From the IMG/VR virus record IMGVR_UViG_3300025704_001538, positions 1 to 64,000 of that record: a stretch of 64,000 nt of DNA; one strand, 5' to 3'. The stretch comes from a virus. A model generated the notes under the pieces. The model made no database searches and had not been told where the DNA came from. It saw nothing but the letters and a program-made list of their open reading frames with translations. A program made the position numbers and the translations under genes. Numbering within the stretch: position 1 is the first letter of the stretch; each line of letters opens with the position of its first letter. Positions 1 to 8,699 of this stretch are shown piece after piece.

Positions 1-3000
1 CCACTAGTTGGGTCAACATCTCCTTCACAATCACCAGCAATAGTAAATATATTATTTAATATATCAGTAGTATACGTAATACCACTAAACTGACTTAATA
101 ATCCATTTACCACACTTTCCCATTCATTATCTGATGGAACATCATTTAATGTATAACCTGTGTAGAATTCATTTTCTAATGTCTGTCCAATTCCATAACT
201 TCCACCTGATATTGTTAATACACCTGTGAATATCGCTTGAGTTAATTCACATCCGTTTCCAGGTTGATTTAAATCTAAGAATGCCTCATTAAGCATTTCA
301 TAAAAACCTCTCTTACCTTGAGATGATGTTACAAAATTTTGCTCACATAGGGTATTAATTACGTAATCCTCAACATCTTCACTATCACAAACAACCGTTG
401 TTTGTTTTTGAATGGTACATCCATCACTATCAACTACAGTAACACTATACGTACCTCCCGATAAACCAGATAGGTAATTTTGGTTAGTTACTCCGTTGGA
501 CCACGTTATTGTGAATGGTGCACTACCCTCAACTATTTCTAATGTTGCCGTACCATCATTACCCGACACACAATTTGTACTATAAAGTATCGCTTGTACT
601 CCACCAGTACTTTCGGAAATAGTAAAATAGTTTAAGTTAACACAACCGTTATTGTCTGTTACAGAAACCTCATATGAACCACTATTTAAACCTGTTAAGT
701 TTAATGTGTCACTATTAGAATTAATATTATTATAGATGGTAAACCCATCACTTATTCTTTTGACATTATAACTTAGAGGATACTGTATTGAGGTACTTCC
801 ACTACTAACAACTATATTTACTTCACCGTTATTTGTCCCACATGTTGTACCTGTAATTTGTGAAACATCAATAGTGAATTTATTCTCATTTTCAATTGTT
901 TTAGTTGTCGTATAATTACAACCACTATTTGATGTTACCTCTATGGTGTACGTGTCTGAGGCTAAATTATCGAAGGTGTGTGTTTGTGATGAACTACTAG
1001 CACTTTCACTATATCCTGTATTACCCGTAATAGAGTATGTTACAATTCCTGTGACACCTTCAATATTTATTGTGATTTCACCATTTTCACCACAGTTAGA
1101 ATTTTGAGATAAAACTGAGACCACAGAAAAACCAGCGGTAGATGTCAATGTGGATGGGTAGGTTAGATTACACTCACCCGAATCTTGAACGTGTATTGAG
1201 TGAACTCCCGCACATAAGTTGTTTAGGGTAAATGTTTCTCCACCCGACTGTAACTCTCCAGTACTCGCAGAAAAACTATAAGGTGTAGTTCCACCTGTAA
1301 TAGTAAATGTTAATGAACCGTTACAATTAAAACAATCAGGTTGTGTACCTGTAACTGAAGAAACACCTAATGAACTTAAATTACCCACAACAAAATTTTC
1401 AAGTTTTGTACATCCATTACTACTTGTAACAATTACACTACCATTTCCAGGTGGTAGATTGTCGACTATTTGCGTTGTCCCTCCATTAGACCATTGGAAT
1501 GTGTATGGTGGTGTACCCGTTAGTCCTGTAACCGCACCGTATCCATTACTATAATAATTACATGGGCTAGCACCTGTAATTAAAACATCGAAGTCCACAT
1601 TATTAGATTGACTTACGTTTACTGTAGATGTAGTTATTTCTTGACCTGTACCATCAGTAACTACCGCATAATAACTAGATGGTATAATACCACTGTCGAA
1701 TGAATATGGGTTGATATCTGTTGTTACAGTTTGGAAAAGAGTACTATTCTGATATAAAAGAATTGTATACGGGTAGTTACTACTATCTCCACTGATTATG
1801 ATTGAACCAGTCGTATCGTTACATGGGACATCTAAGGCTTCTATTTCAACATCAAAACAATCAGGAATTACGATTTGTTGTGTTATTAATCTACTGTTCG
1901 GTAATGTAGAGTCACTTATATTAAATACGTAAGTCCCAGCGGGTAAGTTATCAAACGTAAACGGACCATTACCTGATGTATCAGGTACTGTACCAGGTGA
2001 AGTGTTCTGTATTAAGTATGGTTTTGTACCTCCTTGAACATCGATAAAAATGGAACCTAAACTACCGCAGTTAGGAGTCGCAGAGAACGCTATCTCTAAC
2101 GGACCTTCGTCACAACTAGGTACACATTCATTATAAGTTAATACTATACCTGAATAATACGCCGAAGTATCCACACAGAATGTTACTCCAAGTGAAGAAC
2201 CTCTTTGTGTCACTCCACAACAATCAACAAAAACATAATCACCACTTGTTTGACCTGAAACACATCCAGGTAAATTAGACGCCGATGGTGTTGGTGTTGG
2301 GGTATTTGTAGGAGTTACTGATGGAGTCGCTGATGCACATATACACGATACGTCATCACAATAATCAGGAAGTATCTGATTCCATTTTAAAATTAATTGG
2401 GGAGTACCTAACGTTTCTTGAGTAAAGTAATAACATGTCCCCCCATTATTAAATCCATAACCCTCAGATAGGTCTGTACTATCTAAGAACTCATCTAGGC
2501 TATCTCCGACAACTCCTGAAGTAAAACTGTAAACCGTGGGGTCTACCTGAATTCCAAAGTTCTTAAGACCAGCACCGTTTTGGTATTGTGTTGGTAGATT
2601 TTGGTATGACGTGGTGTTAGTAAGTGTCGAATACGGATTATTTGTGGTTATTAAACTACAGTTTATGTTTTCGGGACCCACTGAGGTGATTGGTTCTCCG
2701 TATTTAGTTTGAAATTCAGTATTTGTTATTGTTTCACCTTCAATAGCACCTAAACAGTGTAACGGGAATGGAATTCTAGCCGTGCTTGAATCAATTACTG
2801 GATAAACCAACCCATTAACTCTACCTCCAATTAATTGTATATCTCTCCATACTTTGAGGTATGATTCATATTCTGCCTCGAACCTGGTCGATGGTTGATT
2901 TCCTGCTGACGGCTGCCACCATTGTGCTTCACTAACTGACGAGTATAAACTAAAACCATCTACAGTTAAATTAGATTTTTGAATTCTAGGATGATATAAA

Positions 3001-6000
3001 CCTGCGGCCCCGTCCGCCTCATCTACAACTAAAATTACAATATAATCACTTATACCACCATTAAAAGTACCAGGGCCTGAATTTGCAGTATTATTTAATT
3101 CTGTACTATGGTCAAATGGTACTCCATTAGTGCGAGTATCGTTTATACCTGTGGTAATATTTTGTCCTCTGTTAATTCTTCTGTATGTAGTGTTACTATC
3201 ATTAAACTCAGTGGATTTAGGTCTACATTCACCAGAACTATTTTGACACCATCCACTATTAGCTATTGAAAACTCAACCACGTCAGAAGGGTCCGAACCA
3301 AACTCATCTATCTGTTCGTTTGTTGACAATGTACCCCCCGTCATTGAACCCAAGTATGGGTATGAAGACCACCATAACCAATTTTCTCCGTTACTTGAAG
3401 GTGCACCTACAACACCTTCATACAAATTGTTTCCTGATAGGTCACCATATGAAACCTTTTCATCGTACCACTCTCTTATACTCTCAGAAGCCTGTGTAGC
3501 ACTAGCCTCATCTAATGAAGTTCCGTCATAGAAAACAAATACTTTAGTTTCTGGCGTCGGTACTTCGACCAATAATGTATCTGACCTATCACAACATGCA
3601 GCCGCTTCCCATACCTCGGTAGTAACAGCAGAAGGTGTTACCGAGGGTGTAGGTGTTAGAGTTTGTGCTGGTGTTGTAGTAATAGACGGCGTAGTTGTCG
3701 GTGATACCGTTATTGTAGGTGTTACTGTTGGTGTTATAGTTGGAGTTGGAGTGTTACTTGTACTACTACTTCTAATACATATCCCATATGAAACCCCATT
3801 CACATATGAGGTTAATTGTGAATTTATTAGTGGTCCTAAATCGACTTCAAGTTGTTCTTGTAGTGAATCATATGTTATACCCAAAATAGAGTAGTAAATA
3901 AGTGAACTATCAAAATAATCTAAAGTGATTATACCTGAATTATTACCATCTAAAGCCATTAATTCAGTTTCTTGGTCGACATTCCCCTGGCTATACCTAT
4001 CAATTATGATTTTATCATAATTGATAGGGTTGTTAATATTACCTGGGTCAGGTAAATCTGGCGGTAGTACTTGTATTAACCTTGTTTGGAAATATTCATT
4101 AGTTGCTGTCCCGTCCCATGACTCTTTAAGCCAACCACCAATAAAATCTGAGGTACCTGAATTACAAGCAACACTACTCAATGTTGGTGTTGGAGTTGGA
4201 GTATTTGTAGTTGTTATAGTCGGTGTAACCGTATTACTTGGTGTTATAGTTGGTGTAACTGAATTGGTAGGTGTTGGTGTGGGAGTCCCGCAAGTTACAC
4301 ACATACCTGATAATGGCCCATTAGTACATATATTCGGTAAAAGTGTGTTTGTATTAATTACTGGTGTACCAGTACCTGGATTACCTTTGTAGTTATAACA
4401 CTTTTCGTCATACTCTAAACCATATCCCTGTGTCGTTGTACCTCCTGAGTAAATAATAGTTATTGTATCTGTCTCATCACAACAATTTTCTAACTCATAT
4501 AGCTTATAATCAGTATTACAATCTCCACATCTTGGATTTGTACATCCGTCTGTATATATATTCGTTTCGTAAATAAAGTCTACAGTACTACCACTTTCAG
4601 AGTCACCAGCTAAAGATGTAAATGTATAACAAACCGAGTTAAACACAAATGAATATCCACCCGATACCGATGTATCTGCAGAAACTGAAACCACTATATC
4701 AGGTAGATTTAAATTTTCACAACAACCCGAAGCGTTCCAATAAACTAAATCAGGGTTATCTCCAACAGGATTTTCATCACAAGAAGTTAACGCAATCTGA
4801 TTTGATATATCGGAGGCGAATGTGTCAAAATCTGCGGTATATGCTAAATCAGGAGAAGAGGCTAATGTCTCAAGTTGACCTACATTAATACCACTACCAA
4901 CACCTATAGTTTGTATTTTAACCTGAACACCATTACTAAATAAACCTAACGTCATTTGTGACGTTAGTTGTGAAGCACTTAATGAAGCTAATGAACACGG
5001 GACAGTAACGTCATAAATTTGTCCGTCAGTAATTAATAAAATGTTTTTTTCTGCACCTAAAGTGGAGTTAGCGCCGTTTAACATATTATATGCCTGTTCT
5101 AAAGCATAACTTACATATGTCCCCCCACCGTCAGGTGACATATTATTAGCAGCATTAACGAAATTAGTATGATTATCTGTTAAGTCTATCACCTCATCAA
5201 CATTACCACAACTAGACCACTTAATAATACCAATCTTAACCTCACCACTATCCATATTACCCTCCAAAGAGTCAGCAATATTTACAACACCTGTTTTAAT
5301 GTCATCAAAATCACTAATAATACTTCCTGATTGGTCAACAAGTACTACTATATCTTGTAAACCACATCCCGAAACGGTACAATCACAAAAACCTGATAAA
5401 CAAATATCGTCTGTGAGTGTGTCGGTCGTTATTCCAACATCAATACCATCTGTATCACCTTTATATGTGTAACATTTATCATCATACTCTAATCCCTGTC
5501 CTTCGGTAGGTGTACCACCAGAATAAAGTACCTGTATCTTATCAGTTATGTCACAACAATTTCTTAAAAATATCTTCTCTAAATTAGAACAACTACATAT
5601 TGAGTCAGCACACGCATTGGTAACTATATCTGTAGGTAAAACGGTATATACCGAAGAACCACTAAATGTATCTCCTGTTAAAGTATTAAACGTATAACAA
5701 TTTCCATTGTATATAAATCCATCTGTAGTTAACGTTGGTGTTGTCCCTGTTTCTAACGCAACCACTATATCGGGTAATCCGAATGTCGTACAACAGGGTG
5801 TAGACTCGTACCAATTATATGAACTACCAGTAAATGGGTTTTCTTCACAACTATTGTCGGCAATCTGCCCTGATACATTATCAACAAAATCATCAAAGTC
5901 AGTCGCACTGAACTGAAATTGAGGTCCTGAAGATAATGAATTTAATTGTAAATTATTACCATTAGTTATATTTACAGTGTAAATTTTAATTGGGACTCCA

Positions 6001-8699
6001 CTGTCGTAGGTACCCGCCTTCATTTGGTTGGCCAATTGTGAAGTGGATGGTATACCACATGACTGATTAGTAAAATCTGAGATTCCTCCGTCAGTAATTA
6101 ATATTATACTTTTTTCCGCAGTTAAATTATCGACATCTAGTAAATCATAAGCGTCTGATAACGCTCGTGACGCGTATGTTCCTCCACCATTAAATGGTGC
6201 GGTATCAACTGCATTTGTAAATATAGTATGGTCAGAAGTTAATCCAACTATTTGTGTGGTACTACTACAATTAGACCACCTTATTGCTGACATTCGAACC
6301 TCACCGAGATTCATTCTAGTTTCCAAATCATCGGCAATCGCAATAACACCGTCTTGCATATCTTGCCAATTAATAGAACCAACACTACCCGATTGGTCCA
6401 TCAACACAACAATATCTTGTGGGTTACACAGTCCTTGACATGAATTACAATCTGAATACTCAGTGTTTACGCTCGACACATATATCGGTTCGTTAGTCTG
6501 AACTTCACCCAAGTATATAAGACAATGTTCATCTCCATTAACTAGTTCAGTGTGAAACGTACAACCTGTCGATTCTGTTGTACCAGTACAACTTACTGTA
6601 AGACCTGTAGAGTAAAGTATTTGAGGAAGTTGACAAGAGGATTCAGTACTTAAATCAAACTCAACCGTAGTGTCGTCAATCCATGGAAAAAAGGATATAA
6701 AATAAGCATTTGTCAAACAATTCGCTGGTGGATATCCTGACGGATTTATAGTAGTTAAGAATGGTGCATTACATCCTCCATTGTAAGAGGCGTGGAAAAG
6801 AGCCGCCACCCATATATCATCTCTTGTAATTTCATAGTTTGAATTCATAAGAGGACTTAAGTCACATACATTACCAATATAAAGTGGCATATTGTAAGTA
6901 ACCGAATTATAGGTGTAAGCAGTTGTTCCATATACACAAGGTACGATATCAGTGTTTGTAAATTTTGTACAAGCAGAAAACTTTTGTGTAGTAAATAATG
7001 GGGTAGACGTAGTTGGTGTTGGTGTTGGAGTCTGTGTTACAGAGGTTGTTGGTGTAGTAGAAGGTGTTTGAGTAACTGAAGTTGTTGGTGTCTGACTTGG
7101 TGTTTGTGTAACTGTATTGGTTGGTGTTGGCGTCAATGATGGGCATGTCGGACATGTCCCATCCGTTGTATTACAAATACTTGATGTGAATGAAGCTATA
7201 AAATGGTCCGCTTCTGAAAGATATGGTGTACCAGTATAGTACCAACAAATTCCACTTAACACAAATCCATCACCAATGGATGGTGAACCCGTTACCCCAG
7301 TATCATATGATGCGGTTATTGTTTGACTACTATCACAACAATTTTCAAAGTATGCCGCTTCAACATCCGAACATCTACAGTCAGGTGTAGATGTAGAAGT
7401 ACAAATATTATTAACTACATCACCTGTTAATACCGCGTATGACACTAATGAACTAAATACATCCGATACGGGCGTGCTAAATTTATAACAGGTATCCATA
7501 AACTGAAAACCTGAATTTGCTGCTGGTGTGTAATTACTATCTAATAAAACGTATATACCAGGTACCTCAGTACAACATCCATCTGTTAACCAAACAGTTT
7601 GATTTGATGCTCCACCATAATCCACATTTTCTTCACAACCTGTACCTGCAACGCTATCGGATATTGAGTTTTGCCATGTAAAAAATGTATTAGCGAAATA
7701 ATAATTATCACTACCTGAGGCCATGTACTGAAGTTGTTGTTGTACTCCTGAAACTATATTTACCGCAATAATCTTAACCGGTGTGTCTATCGCGGGACTG
7801 TATAAACCTGTCTTAATTAAAGTCGCAGTATTAATGGCACTATTAGAACCGCAACCTCCGTAGTAATCTGAGATAGCACCATCTGTTATGATAATAATTG
7901 TTTTTTCAGCTGAAGATTCACTATAAGCACCAAATAATTGGTCATAAGCGTCATCTAATGCGGTATTCACGTATGTACCTCCTCCACTTGGACTTGCTGA
8001 GGTTATTGATGAAGTAAATGTACTGTGATTTGACGTTAAATTTGAAATAAGTTGTACTACCCCACAACTAGACCACTTATATGCCGCCATATTAACAAGT
8101 CCTAAGTCCATTTCCGCTTCAAGTAAATCTGCGATGTTGTTAACACCATTTTTCATAAAGACGAACTCGGAGGCGCTAATACTTGAGGATTGGTCTAATA
8201 AAAATACTATATCTTGTTTAGGACATACCTCAACACAATCAGTGCAATTAGTAAATCCAGTAAGTGCAATTACTGAAGTTGGGTTTGTAATGGTAGTGCT
8301 TATCTTATTAAAACATTTTACGTTTTTTGTGGTGGGGTCCTCAAATAGTATTGTTTGGAGTCCTGAATATTGAGCTCCTGTAGGCCAATTAATATCATTT
8401 GTAAAAAATGGTCTATCGTCGTCCGGACATCCTCTATATATATTACAATTAGTTAACGCCATGTTAGTATCAACTTCACAACCATCACAATCATCAAATT
8501 CGATAAAGGTGCATTCGTCGGAATTATACTCTTCTAATCTCTCATCAGTGTTTTCTTCTACTTGATAACATCCACTTTGTATACCTCCACACTCTATAAA
8601 CCACGTTTCACCAACATTTAAATTTGTGGCCCCTGTAAAGTTAACCTTATACCTAAGGTCACCATCACAACTCTGTAATATATACTGTGTAAAACTCAT
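1..8699 (-). CDS. Giant (>=2899 aa, 3'-truncated) virion adhesin/fibre-like protein: 3 intact vWA domains, 1 degenerate vWA, Cys-rich modules, Pro/Thr linkers, SprB-like repeats
   Basis: ATG at 8699 overlaps the TGA of the upstream gene (ATGA). Hand translation begins MSFTQYILQSCDG. Same frame at MIDAS motifs DQSSS (8181-8195), DQSGS (6384-6398), DQSGS (5322-5336) and at the window edge (..DVDPTSG). Its absence from the ORF track fits a frame with no in-window stop. Confidence 0.9.
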   Translation of the reverse strand, partial: MSFTQYILQSCDGDLRYKVNFTGATNLNVGETWFIECGGIQSGCYQVEENTDERLEEYNSDECTFIEFDDCDGCEVDTNMALTNCNIYRGCPDDDRPFFTNDINWPTGAQYSGLQTILFEDPTTKNVKCFNKISTTITNPTSVIALTGFTNCTDCVEVCPKQDIVFLLDQSSSISASEFVFMKNGVNNIADLLEAEMDLGLVNMAAYKWSSCGVVQLISNLTSNHSTFTSSITSASPSGGGTYVNTALDDAYDQLFGAYSESSAEKTIIIITDGAISDYYGGCGSNSAINTATLIKTGLYSPAIDTPVKIIAVNIVSGVQQQLQYMASGSDNYYFANTFFTWQNSISDSVAGTGCEENVDYGGASNQTVWLTDGCCTEVPGIYVLLDSNYTPAANSGFQFMDTCYKFSTPVSDVFSSLVSYAVLTGDVVNNICTSTSTPDCRCSDVEAAYFENCCDSSQTITASYDTGVTGSPSIGDGFVLSGICWYYTGTPYLSEADHFIASFTSSICNTTDGTCPTCPSLTPTPTNTVTQTPSQTPTTSVTQTPSTTPTTSVTQTPTPTPTTSTPLFTTQKFSACTKFTNTDIVPCVYGTTAYTYNSVTYNMPLYIGNVCDLSPLMNSNYEITRDDIWVAALFHASYNGGCNAPFLTTINPSGYPPANCLTNAYFISFFPWIDDTTVEFDLSTESSCQLPQILYSTGLTVSCTGTTESTGCTFHTELVNGDEHCLIYLGEVQTNEPIYVSSVNTEYSDCNSCQGLCNPQDIVVLMDQSGSVGSINWQDMQDGVIAIADDLETRMNLGEVRMSAIRWSNCSSTTQIVGLTSDHTIFTNAVDTAPFNGGGTYASRALSDAYDLLDVDNLTAEKSIILITDGGISDFTNQSCGIPSTSQLANQMKAGTYDSGVPIKIYTVNITNGNNLQLNSLSSGPQFQFSATDFDDFVDNVSGQIADNSCEENPFTGSSYNWYESTPCCTTFGLPDIVVALETGTTPTLTTDGFIYNGNCYTFNTLTGDTFSGSSVYTVLPTDIVTNACADSICSCSNLEKIFLRNCCDITDKIQVLYSGGTPTEGQGLEYDDKCYTYKGDTDGIDVGITTDTLTDDICLSGFCDCTVSGCGLQDIVVLVDQSGSIISDFDDIKTGVVNIADSLEGNMDSGEVKIGIIKWSSCGNVDEVIDLTDNHTNFVNAANNMSPDGGGTYVSYALEQAYNMLNGANSTLGAEKNILLITDGQIYDVTVPCSLASLSASQLTSQMTLGLFSNGVQVKIQTIGVGSGINVGQLETLASSPDLAYTADFDTFASDISNQIALTSCDENPVGDNPDLVYWNASGCCENLNLPDIVVSVSADTSVSGGYSFVFNSVCYTFTSLAGDSESGSTVDFIYETNIYTDGCTNPRCGDCNTDYKLYELENCCDETDTITIIYSGGTTTQGYGLEYDEKCYNYKGNPGTGTPVINTNTLLPNICTNGPLSGMCVTCGTPTPTPTNSVTPTITPSNTVTPTITTTNTPTPTPTLSSVACNSGTSDFIGGWLKESWDGTATNEYFQTRLIQVLPPDLPDPGNINNPINYDKIIIDRYSQGNVDQETELMALDGNNSGIITLDYFDSSLIYYSILGITYDSLQEQLEVDLGPLINSQLTSYVNGVSYGICIRSSSTSNTPTPTITPTVTPTITVSPTTTPSITTTPAQTLTPTPSVTPSAVTTEVWEAAACCDRSDTLLVEVPTPETKVFVFYDGTSLDEASATQASESIREWYDEKVSYGDLSGNNLYEGVVGAPSSNGENWLWWSSYPYLGSMTGGTLSTNEQIDEFGSDPSDVVEFSIANSGWCQNSSGECRPKSTEFNDSNTTYRRINRGQNITTGINDTRTNGVPFDHSTELNNTANSGPGTFNGGISDYIVILVVDEADGAAGLYHPRIQKSNLTVDGFSLYSSVSEAQWWQPSAGNQPSTRFEAEYESYLKVWRDIQLIGGRVNGLVYPVIDSSTARIPFPLHCLGAIEGETITNTEFQTKYGEPITSVGPENINCSLITTNNPYSTLTNTTSYQNLPTQYQNGAGLKNFGIQVDPTVYSFTSGVVGDSLDEFLDSTDLSEGYGFNNGGTCYYFTQETLGTPQLILKWNQILPDYCDDVSCICASATPSVTPTNTPTPTPSASNLPGCVSGQTSGDYVFVDCCGVTQRGSSLGVTFCVDTSAYYSGIVLTYNECVPSCDEGPLEIAFSATPNCGSLGSIFIDVQGGTKPYLIQNTSPGTVPDTSGNGPFTFDNLPAGTYVFNISDSTLPNSRLITQQIVIPDCFDVEIEALDVPCNDTTGSIIISGDSSNYPYTILLYQNSTLFQTVTTDINPYSFDSGIIPSSYYAVVTDGTGQEITTSTVNVSQSNNVDFDVLITGASPCNYYSNGYGAVTGLTGTPPYTFQWSNGGTTQIVDNLPPGNGSVIVTSSNGCTKLENFVVGNLSSLGVSSVTGTQPDCFNCNGSLTFTITGGTTPYSFSASTGELQSGGETFTLNNLCAGVHSIHVQDSGECNLTYPSTLTSTAGFSVVSVLSQNSNCGENGEITINIEGVTGIVTYSITGNTGYSESASSSSQTHTFDNLASDTYTIEVTSNSGCNYTTTKTIENENKFTIDVSQITGTTCGTNNGEVNIVVSSGSTSIQYPLSYNVKRISDGFTIYNNINSNSDTLNLTGLNSGSYEVSVTDNNGCVNLNYFTISESTGGVQAILYSTNCVSGNDGTATLEIVEGSAPFTITWSNGVTNQNYLSGLSGGTYSVTVVDSDGCTIQKQTTVVCDSEDVEDYVINTLCEQNFVTSSQGKRGFYEMLNEAFLDLNQPGNGCELTQAIFTGVLTISGGSYGIGQTLENEFYTGYTLNDVPSDNEWESVVNGLLSQFSGITYTTDILNNIFTIAGDCEGDVDPTS
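400..2100 (-). repeat. SprB-like beta repeats within the giant ORF
   Basis: Translated units: VQGGTKPY..NLPAGTYVFNISDS; GTPPYTFQWSNG..NLPPG..SSNGC; GGTTPYSF..NLCAG..QDSGEC; GSAPFTITWSNG..GLSGGTYSVTVVDSDGC. Confidence 0.7.
3625..7140 (-). repeat. Pro/Thr-rich linker tracts (about 7000-7140, 4180-4290, 3625-3770; also 2280-2335)
   Basis: Plus-strand GGTGTT/GGAGTT runs translate on the minus strand to TPTPTNTVTQTPSQTPT-type low-complexity linkers. Confidence 0.85.

Noticed and set aside
3625-4290. GGTGTT-type periodic repeats as a possible CRISPR or satellite array
   Set aside because: No constant repeat-spacer structure; explained by Pro/Thr codons.
4395-5570. Similar DNA segments suggesting a diversity-generating retroelement TR/VR pair
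   Set aside because: Differences are not adenine-specific, both copies are coding modules of one ORF, and no reverse transcriptase is in the window.
3266-8373. Short ORFs listed in the track across 3-8.4 kb (plus strand, and 6949-7155 minus)
   Set aside because: Antisense or off-frame shadows of the giant minus-strand ORF; the VGVGV runs are the complement of PTPT codons.
1-8695. Apparently non-coding 8.7 kb suggesting stop-codon reassignment
   Set aside because: Frame-consistent standard-code ORF that simply lacks a stop inside the window.
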